From the human T2T-CHM13v2.0 reference genome, Homo sapiens, in assembly GCF_009914755.1 (NCBI RefSeq), contig NC_060937.1: a DNA stretch of 64,000 bases; one strand, written 5' to 3'. The notes below the pieces were generated by a model that saw only the letters and a list, made by a program, of their open reading frames with translations, made no database searches and was not told the origin of the DNA. Positions within the stretch are counted from its first letter, which is position 1; each line of letters starts with the position of its first letter. A program made the translations under genes and the position numbers. Positions 1-15,724 of the stretch are shown piece after piece.

Positions 1-300
1 AGTCTAATTAGCTAGGTAAGAAAGAGTTTCCTAAGATCATAGACTGAGGTAGGTTTCATACACTGTCATGTGTTTCCCCTCCAGGAACCACATCATGTTC
101 TCATGAAGAGCCAAGAAAAAGATGCTTCATTTCTTCAGCAAGGGGAGGGAAAAATGTAATCATTTTGAAATAATACAGTGAACTATTTATAACAAAAGCC
201 TACTCTCCAGAAAATGACCTTACCAAAGCTCATAATAGAAGGATCATTATCCAACTCCAGCCTTCGTCTTCCTATTCCACCTACAGGGGAAAGGGAGAAG
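1..300 (+). mobile_element. Probable 5' region of an ancient L1MC-type LINE (degraded)
   Basis: Motifs GGGGAGGGAAAAATGTAATCATTTTGAAATA and ATCCAACTCCAGCC resemble L1MC 5'-end sequence, and they lie directly upstream of the L1M ORF2 remnant. Confidence 0.45.
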
Positions 301-359
301 CGAAACAAAGAAAAGTGTAATTAATAGAAAAAAAGTTATAAGCATGGCCTATGTTAATT

Positions 360-3083
360 CAAAAGTACTAATAAGTATCACTGTTATACATAGTCTGAAT
401 TCACTAATAAAAGACACAGCCACAGTGATTTTAAAAAATAAAAGACACAACTATATGCTATTGTAAAGACACAAATTTAAAGCAAAAGAGTGAAGAAAGA
501 TATGACAAAGTAACAATAGTTTTTTTTAAATTAAAAAAAGTTGGAGTAGCTATCTAAATTTCAGATAAATCATGACAACAAGGAAATTATTAGTGTCAAG
601 AGAAGCATTAGCTAATGATAAGGGAAGTAATTCTGTAAGATGACATAACAATTTTTAATATGTATGCATTAACATTACATCATCAAAACACATGAGGCAA
701 TAAACAGAAATGCAAAGTGAAACAGAAAAATCCATTTTTATAGCTGAAAGGTTAAACACCTTTTTTTTTTTTTTAGTAAATGAAGATCAAACAGGCAAAA
801 CTCAGTAAGTATGTAATTAACCTGAATAGTACTATCGCTTACTCCATCCAACAATAACAAAATACACATTCTTCTCATGCTCACATGAAACATTCATTGA
901 GAATCTCCTCTGGGTCATAAAATATACCTTACCAAATCTAAAGTCATAGAAAATATATGAAGTATGGTTGGCTACAGTGGAATTAAACTAGGAGTAAATA
1001 ACAAAGTGGTAGATGCACAATCACAAAATATTTGATGATGAAATAACATAGTTCTATATAACACATAGTCAAAACATAAGATGAATTATAATAGATTAAA
1101 ACTAAAAATATATTTTATGAAAATTTGTTTGATGCAGCTAAATAATTAAACCATATATATATTTACATATTATAAAAGTAGGAGAATATGAAATCAATAA
1201 TCTAAGTTGGAGTGTTAAAGCACTAGCGAAATAAATAAAATTTAAGCCAAAAGTAGGGAGAAGAGAGTTATAATAAAATGCACAGCTACTATAAATGAAA
1301 TTAAAACCTGGAAAACACTAGAGAACATCAATGAAACTAAAACCTGTTTCTTTAGAAAGATCAATAAACCTGACATATCACCAGCCAGATTAAAAAAGAA
1401 AAGTAAAAGATAAGAGAACCAACAAATTACCAATAAAAAAAAATTGAAAAAGGGGTCATCATTACTAATCCCCATGAATATTAATAAGATAATAAAGAAA
1501 TACACTGAACAACTCTATACCTACAAATTGAAAGATTATTATTTTTTCTTTTTTGGGAGAACAGAGTCTTGCTATGTTGCCCAGGCTGGTCTCAAACTCC
1601 TGGGCTCAAACTATCCTCACACTTCTGCTTCCCTAAGTTCTAGGATATCAGGCATGAAATACCATGCCTGGCTCAAATTTGATAATTTTGATGAAATTGA
1701 GAGATACATTAAAGGAAGTATATTGCCAAAACTAACACACGAGTACTACCAATCTTACTAGGCCTATCACGTTAATTACACTGAAACAATAATTAAAAAC
1801 CTAACAAAAATAAATCACCAAGCCCAGATAATTTCACCAGTGAATTCTATAAAACTATTAAAGAGAAAATAGAAACTCTCTCCAAACTATTCCAGAAAAT
1901 ACAAGTAGAGGAAACACTTCTTCACTAATCCTATAAAGCCAGCAATACCTTAATATGAAAAACAGAAAAAGACATTGAAAGGAAACTATAGACCAATGTT
2001 TCTAATGAACACAAGTGCAAAAATCTTCAAGAATGTATTAGCTAATTGAATCAAAGTGTTTCAAAAGAATTACACACCATGGCCATTGAGATTCCTTGTA
2101 GATATGCAAGGCTAAATTGACATTTGAAAATCAATTTATATAATCCATCTGATCAAAGAGTAAACACAAAAAAGCTATATTATCACATCAAGTGGAGGAA
2201 AAGCATTCAACAAAATCCAAAATGGGAACAGCTTTCAGAAATCTAATAATAGAGAAGTTGATAAAAATATACAAGAAACTTACAGGTAACATCATACTTA
2301 ATGGTGTGAAATTAGACTCTATCCTAAGATCAGGAACAAAAAACAGATGTCCCTCTCACTAACCACTATTCAATAGTGTATTGAAATTCCTAGACAGTGC
2401 AATAAGACAATATAGGAAAACAGTGTGTGAGTAGGAAAGAAAGAAATACAACTGTCCTTTCCATAGATGACATGAGCACCTGTGTAGAAAATCTCTCAAA
2501 ATTGACAAAACCTTCCTCCCAAAGACATGTAAACAATAGCAAAGGAATGAATAAAAGTCTGCTGGAACCAATCAGCAATTACAGCAAAGTTATAGAACAC
2601 AGGGTAGTACACAATAGCCCATTGATTTTCCATGCACCAGCAATGAACCATTGGAATTTGAAATAAAAAATATAGCACTATTCATGATGGCACCATAAAA
2701 GGGAAATACTTAGATGTAATTCTAACCAAATATGCACAAGATCTAAATATGGAAAACTACTAAACTTTGGTACAAGAAACTAAATATTTACATAAATGGA
2801 GGCATGTTTTGTGACATGGATAAAAAATTCAATATATTTAGGATGTATACTCTTCCTATATTTATCAACACAAGTCAAAATTCAAGTAAGCATTTTATTA
2901 ATATTGAAAAAATGTTTCTAAAGTTTGTGTGGAAAGGCAAAAAACCTAGAATAGCCTACACAATGACAGAGAAGAACAAAGTTAGAGTCCTGACATCCCC
3001 AAGTTCAAAACTTTCTATAAAGCTATAGTATTCATGAGAATATTTTATTAATAAAAGAAAAGACACATAAAACTAAAGAATAG
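360..3083 (+). mobile_element. Ancient L1M (L1MC-like) ORF2 remnant, part 1 (endonuclease to RT)
   Basis: A-rich degraded ORF2 with landmarks AAAAGACACAG..ACAACTATATGC, CCCAGATAATTTCACCAGTGAATTCTA and GATCAGGAACAA..GATGTCCCTCTCACTAACCACTATTCAA; many stops and frameshifts. Confidence 0.85.
1537..1673 (-). mobile_element. FLAM (free left Alu monomer) inserted in the L1M
   Basis: T-rich tail then GAGTCTTGCTATGTTGCCCAGGCTGGTCTCAAACTCC..CCATGCCTGGC; CAAATT occurs on both flanks. Confidence 0.85.
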
Positions 3084-3094
3084 TTTTTTTTTCC

Positions 3095-5795
3095 CCCAAG
3101 ATGGCAGATTAGAGGCTTTTAGTGTGCCTTAGCCGCTTGGAAATAGCAAGATATATATAAAGATTAAGTCCATAAGCATTTCAAGAAGGAAAACAGGAAT
3201 CCACCAAAACCATGGATACTCCAAATCCCTGATAGGAGAATGTGGGCAAACAGCCCACATGGTGTGATCTGGCTGATAAAAGTGAGTGAAGCCCCAGTAT
3301 GTGAGAAAGGCAGACAGTCCCCCTCTGTTACTCACTTTTCCACTAGGGCTGCTCTAGGAAGAGTGCTTTGTTTCTTCTAAGCCCTTCAGCTAACTTGGGG
3401 AATGGCTTGGAGACACTGAGAGGGAAAATAATGGGAAAACCTGCAGAAATTTTCCCTGACCCAGGACAAAGAAAAGGACACCATTTTTAATTCAGGCACA
3501 TATAAGGCAAGTTGTTATTTGGTTACCTGGCAGCATAAATACAAAGGCATTTTGTTCTCATGTCTGAAATTGGAACACTTGCTTTAGAGCAAGGTAGGGA
3601 ACACCAAAGCCAGAAATGTGGAAAGTGCCTCAACAATAGGCACTGGAATTGTGCTCTTCCCCATCACAAGACGGTGGTAGGAGGAAAGCTACTACAACCG
3701 TGGCTTCTACGGGATGACTTGTAGCCAAGGCCAGCATGGTGAGCTGGAACCAGTCTGTATGTGTTTTGCTGGGTGGCACAGCCTGCTTACCTAGATTGTA
3801 GAACGGCAGGACTCTCGGTCCTGCATGCCCTGGCAGAACTCTCAACATTCAAAGCACCCCCATGCCTGAATCAACAGCCTGAGTTACCCCACCTTTCCTG
3901 TGCATGGATCCTAGTGAAAGGGGGCCCTATCCATTTCATGCCTAGTCATATCTCTAGGCATCTGGGGCATCCCTTCTCCTGGTTTAGGAGTTTAGGCTGC
4001 CTCCCCATCTCCATGCAGAAATCTTGGGGCCAAGGAGGTTTCCCAGCTCCACACCTAGTCACACCTTTGGGTGTTTGGTGGATTCTCACTGGGTTCTCCC
4101 TCTGCTCTCTACCTGTGCCTGCCATCAGGGGACCTGTAGGCAGGGCTACCCAGTCCAGATTTTCCCATATTGCACCCACCACACTCTGGGGCTGAGCAGA
4201 AAGCTTAGACACCTGTGTGACATATGGGTCAGCCCATTGCCTGAGACAATAGAGAGCTTCTCCCAGTAAATAAGGAGTAAGTGAACACTTAGCTGTGTTG
4301 GCCTTAGCTGACTCTTACCCATAATCATTATCTACCAGCTTGTAGGTAAAACCACACAGTCCAATATAAAATCTGCTGACAGAGTGTATAGGGCTATAGA
4401 AACAAAGCCAAAAGACCCTCTCCAACATTCTCTAGAATTGTATCTGCTAGGGAGGGAGGAAAGAGGAAAGGGGAAACAATAATATTATAGAGAAAGAAAG
4501 AAAATGAAAAAAGTCCGATTCACATAAAAAAAAATTACAAATAGTAGAAGTGTCAGCATCTCCAGATGAGAAGGGACCAGCACAAAAATTCTGGCACCTG
4601 AAAAATATAAATGTAGTGACACTACTGAAGAATTACATTAGCTTTCCAGCAAAGACACCTAGCCAAAATGGAAACTCAGAAATGACAGATAAATAATTTA
4701 AAGGATGGATTGCAAGGAAGGCCAAGAAGATCCCAAACAAGGTTCAATGTAAACACCAATAAACTTCTGAAGTAATTCAGGAAATGAAGAAAGAGTTAAT
4801 CATTATTTTAAAAAAAATCTATAGAGCTTCTGGAATTGAAAACCTCAGTTAAGAAATTTCATAATACAATTGAGTATTTTATCAATACATTTCATCAAGC
4901 AGAAGAAAGAATTTCAGAGCTTGAAGACAAGTCTTTCAAACTAACTCAGTCAGACAAAAATAAAGAAAAAATAATAATTTTTAAAAATGAACAAAGTGAG
5001 AAATATGGAACTATGTAAATAAACCTAATCTATGAATTATTACATTCCTGAGAGAGATGGAAAAACTAAAGACAACCTTCACACCACTCCTATTCAGCAT
5101 GGTACTGGAAGTCCTAGCCAGAGCAATCAGGAAAGAGAAAGAAGTAAAAGGCAGCCACATAGGAAAAGAAGAAGTCAAACCATCTCTCTTCGCTAACAAT
5201 GTGATTTTATACCTGGAAAACACTAAAGACTCTGCCAACAGGCTTCAGGAATTGATCAATGACGTTAGTAAAGTTTCAGAATAAAAAATCAATTTATGAA
5301 AATTAGTAGCATTTATATGCACCAGTCATGTTTAAGATGAGAGTAAAATCAAGAAAATAAGTCCATTTGCAATAGACACACACACACACACAAATCCCAG
5401 GAATACATCTTACCAAGGAGGTAAAAGATCTCTACAAGGAGAACTGCTAAACACTGCTAAAAGAAAACATAGATGACATAAATGATTTAAAAGGCATTCT
5501 ATATTCATGGACAGGAATAATCAATATTGTTAAAATGTCCATACTTCCCAAAGCAATCTGTAGATTCAATGCTATTTCTATCAAACTGCCAAATACATTT
5601 TCACAGAATTACCATAAAACCTATTCTAAAACTTATACAGAACCAAAAAGATCCTCAATAACCAAAGCAATCCTAAGCAAAATAAATAAAGCCAGAGGCA
5701 TCATATTACTCAACTTTATACTATCAGGTTACAGTAACCAAAACCTCATGGTACTGTTAGAAAAACAGACACAGAGACCAATGGAACATAAAAGA
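3095..5795 (+). mobile_element. Old primate L1 (L1PA16/17-L1PB-like), 5' part: 5'UTR, part of ORF1, internal deletion, ORF2 RT
   Basis: Starts CCAAGATGGCAGATTAGAGGC. ORF1-like peptide QAEERISELEDKSFKLTQSDK (4836-5018). ORF2 peptides [16 protein letters not shown] and [19 protein letters not shown]. Confidence 0.85.
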
Positions 5796-8506
5796 TGTGT
5801 TAGTTCATTTTCATACTGCTATAAAGAACTGCCCAAGATTGGGTAATTTATAAAGGAAAGAGGTTTAATTGACTCACAGTTCAGCATCACTGGGGAGACT
5901 TCAGGAATCTTATAATCATGGCAAAGGTAAAGGAGAAGCAAGGTGCCTTCTTTGCAAGGCAGCAGGAAGGAGAAATGCAGACCCAAGGAGGAAGAGCCCC
6001 TTATAAAACCATCAAATCTCACGAGAAATCACTCACTATCAGGAGAATTGCAGACCCAAGGAGGAAGAGCCCCTTATAAAACCATCAAATCTCATGAGAA
6101 CTCACTCACTATCATGAGAACAGCATGGGGGAAACTGCCCCCATGATTCAATTACCTCCACCTGGTCTCTCTCTTGACATTTGGGGATTACAATTTAAGA
6201 TGAGATTTGGGTAGGGACTCAAAGCCTAACCATATCATTCTGCCCCTTGCCACTCCCAAATCTCATCTCCTCACATTTCAAAACACAATCACGCCTTTCC
6301 AATAGCCTCCCAAATTCTTAGCTCATTTCAGCATTAACCGAAAGTCCAAGTTCAAACTCTCATCTGAGATAAGACAAGTCTCTTCCACCTATGAGCCTGT
6401 AAAATCAAAAGCAAGTTAGTTACATCCTACAGGCCCCAGGCAAGTCCAAAGTCCAGTGGGGCAGTCAAATCTTGAAGCTTCAAAATAATCTACTTTGACT
6501 TCATGTCTCACATCCAGGTCACAATGATGCAAGAAGTGGGCTTCTATGGCCTTTGGCAGCTCTTTCCTTGTGGCTTTGCAGGGTGCATTCTGCCTCCCAC
6601 TGGCTTTCACAGGCTGGCATTGAGTGTCTGCAACTTTTCCAGGTGCACAGAGCCAGCTGCCAGTGGGTCTACCATTCTGGGGTCTGGAAGATTTTGGCCC
6701 TCTTTTTACAGCTCCGCTAGGCAATGCCCAGCAAGAATTCTTTGCGGAAGCTGCTACCCTACATTTCCCTTCCTCACTACTCTAGCAGAGGTTCTCCAGG
6801 AGGGCTCAATCCCTGCAGCTGACTTCCTTCTGGACACCCAGTTGTTTCCATACATTCTCCAAAATCTAGGTGGAGGTTCCCAAATCTCAAATTCTTGACT
6901 TCTGTGCACCTGCACACTCAATGCAATGTGTAAGCCACCAAAGCTTGGGGCTTCCTTCCTCTGATGCAACAGCCTGAGTTGTATGTTGGCTGCTTTTAGT
7001 CACTGCTGGGACACAGGGCACCAAGTCCTGAGACCACACAAAGGAGCAAGGCCCTGAGCCCTGCCCGTGAAACCATTTTATTCTACTAGGCCTCTGGGCT
7101 TGTGATGGGAGGGGCTGCCATGAAGACCTCTGACATGTCCTGGAGATATTTTCCCCATTGTCTTTGTGATTAACATTTGGCTCCTCATTACTTATGCAAA
7201 TTTTTGCAGCCTGCTTGAATTTCTTCTCAGAAAATAGGGTTCTCTTTTGTATCAAACTGTCAGTCTGCGAAATTTCAAAATTTCTATGCTGTTTCCCTTT
7301 TAATAAATTTGAATTCCAAATCATCTTTTTTTGAATGCATAAAACTGAATGCTTTTGAGAGAACCAAAGTCACATTCTGAATGCTTTGCTGCTTAGAAAT
7401 CTCTTCTGCCAGATACCCTAAATTATCTTTCTCAAGTTCAAAATTCCGCAGATCTCTAGGTCAGGGAAAAATGCTTCCAGTCTCTTTGCTAAAGCATAAC
7501 AAGAATCCCTTTGCTCCAGTTTCCAACAAGTTCCTTGTCTCCATCTGAGACCACTTCAGCCTGGACTTCATTGTCCATATCACTATCAGTATTTTGGTCG
7601 AAGCCATTCAACAAGTCTCTAGAAAGTTCCAAACTTTTCCATATCTTTCTGTTTTCTTCTGAGCCCTCCACGCTGTTCCTACCTCTGCCTGTTACCCAGT
7701 TCCAAAGTCGCTTGCACATGTTCCAGTATCTTTATAGCAGTGCCCCACTCTCTGTGACACTAATTTATTGTATTAGTCCATTTTCATACTGTTATAAAGA
7801 ATGGCCTGATATTGGGTATTTCATAAAGGAAAGAGGTTTAAATGACTCACAGTTCACCATGACTGGAGAGGCCTCAGGAAACTTAAAAATATTGCAGAAA
7901 ACAAAGGGGAAACAAGGCACCTTATTCACAAAGTGGCAGGAAGGAGAAGTGTCACCTTAATATGGTTTGGCTCTGTCCCCACCCAAATCTCATCTTAAAT
8001 TCTTATGTGCTGTGGGAGGGACCCAGTGGGAAATAAATGAATCATGTGGGTTGGTCCTTCCTGTGCTGTTCTTGCGCAAATGAATAAGTCTCATGAGATC
8101 TGATGGTTTTAAAAATGGGAGTTTCTCTGAACAAGCTCTCTCTCTTTTTGCCTGCTGTCATTCATGTAAGACATGATTTTCTCCTCTTTGCCTTCCACCA
8201 TGATTGGGAGGATTCCCCAGCCATGTGGAACTGTAAGTCCATTAAACCTCCTTCTTTTGTAAATTGCCCAGTTTCTGGCATGTCATAAAAATGGCCTAAT
8301 ACATGTTTGAAGTGGGAAGAGCCCCTTATAAGACCTTTAGGTCTCATGAGAACTCACCAACTATCATAAAAACAGCCTGAGAATAACCATCCCTATGATT
8401 CAATTACTTCCTCTTGGCCTCTCCCTTGACACATGGGAATTATGGGGATTATTGGGATTACAATTTAAAATGAGATTTAGAGGGTACACAAAGCCTAACC
8501 ATATCA
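5796..8506 (-). mobile_element. Complete THE1D-like MaLR provirus: LTR 5796-6237, internal 6238-7768, LTR 7769-8506
   Basis: Two homologous LTRs (TGT(G/A)TTAGT..AACCATATCA) around THE1 internal sequence, with a perfect 5-bp TSD AAAGA at 5791-5795 and 8507-8511. Confidence 0.92.
7958..8303 (+). mobile_element. THE1A/B-like solo LTR nested antisense in the THE1D LTR
   Basis: TAATATGGTTTGGCT..CTAATACA; the THE1D LTR resumes at GGGAAGAGCCCCTTATA after it. No clean TSD seen. Confidence 0.85.
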
Positions 8507-9830
8507 AAAGAGAACACAGATATAAAGCTGCATGCATACAGTAACTTAATCTTCAATAAAGTCGATGAAATTAAGTAAAGGAAAAAGGACTCCCTATTCA
8601 ATAAGTGGTTCTGGGACAGCTGGCTAGCCATTTTCAGGACAATGAAACTGAAACTCCACTTCTCATCATATACAAAAATTAACTCAAGATGGATTAAACA
8701 TTAAATTTAAGATTTTAAAATATAAGAATCCTAGAAGACCTAGAAAACACAATTCTGTACGTTCAGCCTTGGGAAAGATTTTAGGACTATAAATTACCTC
8801 AAAAATAATTGCAACAAAAACAAAGATTTCACAAATGGAACCTAATTAAACTAGAAGCTTCTTCACAGCAAAAAGAAACTATCAACAAACAACCTACAGA
8901 ATGAGAGAACATATTTGCAAACTACTTCTGACAAAGGTTTAATGTCTAGAATCTATAAGAAAGTTCAACCATTGAAGAAGCCAAAAACTAATAACTCCTT
9001 TAAAATGTGGGCAAAATACGTGAACAGACACATCAAAAGAAGACATACACACAGCCAACAAACATATGAAAAAATGTACCACATCACTAATCATCAGCAA
9101 AATGCTAATCAAAGCCACAGGAGATATTTTATACCAGTCAGTGACTATGATTAAAAAGTTAAATACAATATATGTTGACAAGTTTGCAGAGAAAATAGAA
9201 CACTTATTCACCATTTTGGGGAATGTTAATTAGTTCAGCCACTGTGGAAACAGAAGATTTCTCAAATAACTTAAAACAGAACTCCCATTAGACTCAGTAA
9301 TCCTGTTACTGGGTATATATTCAAAAAACATTCTATTAAAAAGACACATGTACTTGTATATTCATCATAGCCTTATGAAATCACCCTCATTGCCCATTGA
9401 TTATACATTAAGTAAAGAAAATGTGATACAAATAGACTGTGGAATACTACACACTCAGAAAAGAGAAAAACTTCACATCTTTTGCAGTAAAGTGAATATA
9501 GCTGGAAGCTATTATCTTAAACAAATTGATGCAGGAACAGAAAACTAAATACCACATGTTCTTACTCATAAGTCGGGGAGCTAAACATTGGGTATTCATG
9601 GCTATAAAGATAACAATAGGAGACACTGAACTACTAGAGTGTGGAGGGGGAAAGTGGGGCAAGGGTTGTAACATTACCTATTAAATACTATAATCTCAAG
9701 ACCTTTGTGATGGGATCAATTGTACCCCAAACCTCAGCATTACACCATCTGACCATATAATAAACCTGCACCTGTACTCTCTGAATTTGAAATAAAAGTT
9801 GAAATTTTAAAAACGTTAAAATAAGAAAGA
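8507..9830 (+). mobile_element. Old primate L1 (L1PA16/17-like), 3' part with 3'UTR and decayed tail
   Basis: ORF2 continues after the THE1D TSD and ends AATAAAAGTTGAAATTTTAAAAA. Confidence 0.88.
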
Positions 9831-9834
9831 AAAA

Positions 9835-10800
9835 CAGAAGAGCACAGATAGCCCAGAAATAGACTCACAAAAAAGATAGGCAACTGACCTTGACAAAGAG
9901 GCAATGACAAATCAAAGATAAAGGGTACCTTTTTCAATTAATGATGTGAGGACAATTTGACGTCCATGGGCAAAAAAACAAATCTAGACACAGATCTTAT
10001 ACACTTTATTATAATTAAAATGGATCATAGATCTAGATGTAGAATGCAAAATTATAAACTTCTATCAGGAAACACAGAAGGAAATTTTCATGAACTTTGA
10101 TTGGCTATGAGTCTTTAGATATAATACCAAAACTGAATCTGTGACAAAAATAAATAAAAAACAAGATAAGTTAGAATTTCTTAGAATTTAAAAACTTTGA
10201 ATCTGTGAAAGATGCTGTTAAAATAGTGGAATGAGAAGTTACAGACGGGGAGCAAATATTTTCAAAACACATATGTGATAAAGAACTTGTATACAATATA
10301 TACAAAGAACACTTAAAATTTAGCACTCAAAATGATCCAATTAAAAAAAAATGTATAATCTATCTGAACAGACACATCAACAAAGAAAAAAAAAATTAGA
10401 CAAATTCCAATCGAAGGACATTCTTAACAAATCTGACCAATACTTCTCAAAGCTGTCAATGTCATCTAAGGAAAGTCTGAGTAACTGAGGAGCCTAATGA
10501 AATATGATGGGTAAGGTTACTGTGATGTGTTAGATGGGATGCTGCCACAGAAAAATATGTTGGGTAAAAACTTCCAAAAGTTGGGGGAAAAAAAAAACTA
10601 AGAAAAACTTCATGAAGTATAGACTTTTATTAATAATAATGTATTAATATTTATTCATCAAGTGTCAACAAAATTTCCATACTCATGTGGGGGTGTCAGT
10701 AACAGGTACCCCTGTGTGAAAGGATAGATGTGAGCTCTCTGTACTATATTCTCAATTTTTCTGAAAATCTAAAATTCTTCTAAAAATAAATTATTAAAGA
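9835..10800 (+). mobile_element. Ancient L1MC remnant, part 2 (ORF2 3' part, then L1MC3/4-type 3'UTR)
   Basis: Resumes at GCCCAGAAATAGAC where part 1 stopped. 10395-10795 resembles an L1MC 3' end (AAGGAAAGTCTGAG, CTCTCTGTACTAT..AAATCTAAAATT). Confidence 0.75.
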
Positions 10801-10982
10801 ACTACTATTTGATAGTAAAGATACACAAATATTTGCATATTATTGCAACACATACCTATTTATATCTCCTCTCTGATGTTTATGAAATATATATAGGACA
10901 TAAATTAGCTATTATGGGGTTGATACTTTTAGAGAGACAAGTCTCAAGTCCCTCAAAGGAAGTACATTGGAATTTTTGAGAT

Positions 10983-11542
<560 letters not shown>

Positions 11543-13228
11543 TGGAAGACAAAGATCTTTATTCATTCATCTATACCAGTGCCTGATAATATTTGGCTTA
11601 TAGTATGTGTTGACTCTATGTTGCTTGAAAGAATAAGTACACAAGTTTGAACTCATTTCTGAATGAATAAATACACATTATTCCAACACTTTTATAGAAG
11701 AATTACAATGTCAAAAGCCTAAATTCTTAAAAAGTAAAATGTGTTGTGTCTTTTTCTTGATGTAGACTTAAAATATCTTGACCCCTTACTGCTTCTTGTC
11801 TCTAAATAAATCCACATGACATCTCAAGTGAAAAAAGCTACAGGCAACCTCTCTGGAAAATTTTATGAATGGTGACATCATCATGTAAATCTCACTAACT
11901 TAAACAAATATAAGCTATAGGATCCACTACGTTTTTTTTTAAACCTCACAAATCATTTAGACACTAAATATATGTGCATGTTTCTGAAGACTGAACATTG
12001 TTATCATCTCTAATAAAATTATAATGTTTTCACAAGTTAAGTAAGTGCTACCCATTCATGTCTAAGTAAATCTGATCAGCCTGAGGAATTACAAGGAGAC
12101 CTCATCACCTGAATATGTGGATCAAAAAACTGATTTATTTAAAAGGAAAATAAACAAGTTTAAATTTTGTATAATAATCTGTTAATTTTATCAGCAATAC
12201 TAAAAGTCAATTCCTTTTTATTGAAATTTTGTAAATACCCAGGAAGAGCACATGTGGCTAATTTGTCTTGTGTCACACTTCAGAAAAGCCTTCAAATTCA
12301 TCCATATGTGCAGCCCTCACGTATTTTGCATCCATATACAAGAGACCCACTCTTTCTGCTTTTTTCTATTACTAACTGAAAAACTACATAATAGATAATT
12401 TCTCAGATCAGCCGATACATAGTTTTTAAGTTAAATTCTCTTTTGAGTAAAAAACAGATTGGCAAGAAATAAATCAAATTGTATGGTTTGGCTAAGAAAG
12501 CTGACAAATGAAGATTTTAAACCCAGGACTATATATTGAATTGGGATAATATATTTGGGTCTCCAAAAAGAGGATTATTGCTTGGAATTAAGTAAAACAG
12601 GTCAGTTATAAAAGAAACATGCAGAAAATGAGTGAATGAGTTTGAGGGAAAGTGTAGTCCTTGTTTTGTTGGTGGGACTCAAGATGACAGAGGTCAGTTA
12701 GGGTGAAGTTAATTACTATACAATCATTCAATCATGTAATCATAAATGATCCAGTCTAACAAACAAGAAAGAGCAGTACTGTTCCAGGTAAAAAAGAGGT
12801 TCAAATTGTGTGAACAGTGATAACATTGTTCCTGAATGTAAATTTATTCTCAGCTGGGCTTTTGTCTGGAAATAATATGGCATCAGAATGAAGAAGAGGA
12901 TTTTGCTTTCTGATGGGCAAGAATAGATGATGTATCAGGGAAACATCCAAGAGAACAGGAACTAGTGGAATTTTTTTGGCTTACTGGACAAATAGAAGGC
13001 TAGGACAGAGAGGCAAAGCAGAAATTCTATACTGGAAAGGTAAACAGGGGATGCAAGTTCATATGCAAATAAGCATAATGGATGAGTGATATACAAATTC
13101 AAATAGAATCCCAGAAAATAACCTCCAAAGAAACATGAATTCAAAATCAAATAATTTATTTCAGTTTTTAAAAATCACATCTTTAAGTTTTTGAATATAA
13201 CTCTTTTTTTCAATTAAGAGTATATTTG

Positions 13229-13598
<370 letters not shown>

Positions 13599-13945
13599 TT
13601 AAACAAGTGAGGATATTTATTTCTGTCATAAAAATAAGTCCTGAGTAAAGCAGTATGGAACTAATCAAGTGGTTCATTGAAGATGTAGGCAACCTAGCCT
13701 TCTTTAATTCTTATGCTTTCATTTGTGTCTATTTTTGTCTTCTACATTACTACATATCTGCTGCTTCTCCAGCCCTTCTGTTTAATTTTTATTCACAAAG
13801 AAAGAAAGAGGGACAAAGTCCTCTTAGTCAAATAATTTGGTGTTTTTATTCATGAAAGTATACCCTGCTTTATGCACTTTTGCAAATAACTCTTTGGCCC
13901 AAACTGAGTAACATGGTCACCATTAATTGCAACAGTAGATAGGAT

Positions 13946-14769
<824 letters not shown>

Positions 14770-15054
14770 GGAATGTATTACTTTAACTAGACACTTCGCT
14801 GTTCCAAGCAAAATTGCTTGATGAGAAGTAGAAAGTAATAGATACTGGGAAGCAAGTAAACAACTGTATCTAAAGGATTTGTATATTTGGTTGTCCCATT
14901 CATAAGTGCTAAACCAAATCACTAGCCAGTGTTGAAATTTTTGTTTGGATTTTTAAGAGTTACTTACTAACATTTGAGACTGCGTCCTGTTTTTTCTCTT
15001 TGTTTTTTCTTAGTTTTTTTTGTTTGTTTGTGTGTTTTGTTTTTTTCTCTTACT

Positions 15055-15388
<334 letters not shown>

Positions 15389-15724
15389 TTAATGCTATGG
15401 AATTTTCCTATTTGTCCAATTGTCATATTTTACTTGTCAATTTTCCATACGTGAATGTAATGAATAAATGGGTGAATCAAAGAATAATTAAATTAATTAT
15501 TTTTTTAAAATGCCTAGGCTTATGATGTTTACCATAAAATGACTAAGCTAGTAGCTATCAGCTTGGGTGGATAAGCTTTACGTAAGAGTTATTAAAAAGG
15601 CTAGAGACAATAACTGATTTCATGTTACAGTTTTACAATCATTTTAATAAACAATATTCTGAAATGATTAGTATAAGTAGCTTTAGAGAAAGCTTTGAAC
15701 TATAGGAAACATTTGTTCTCTCCT

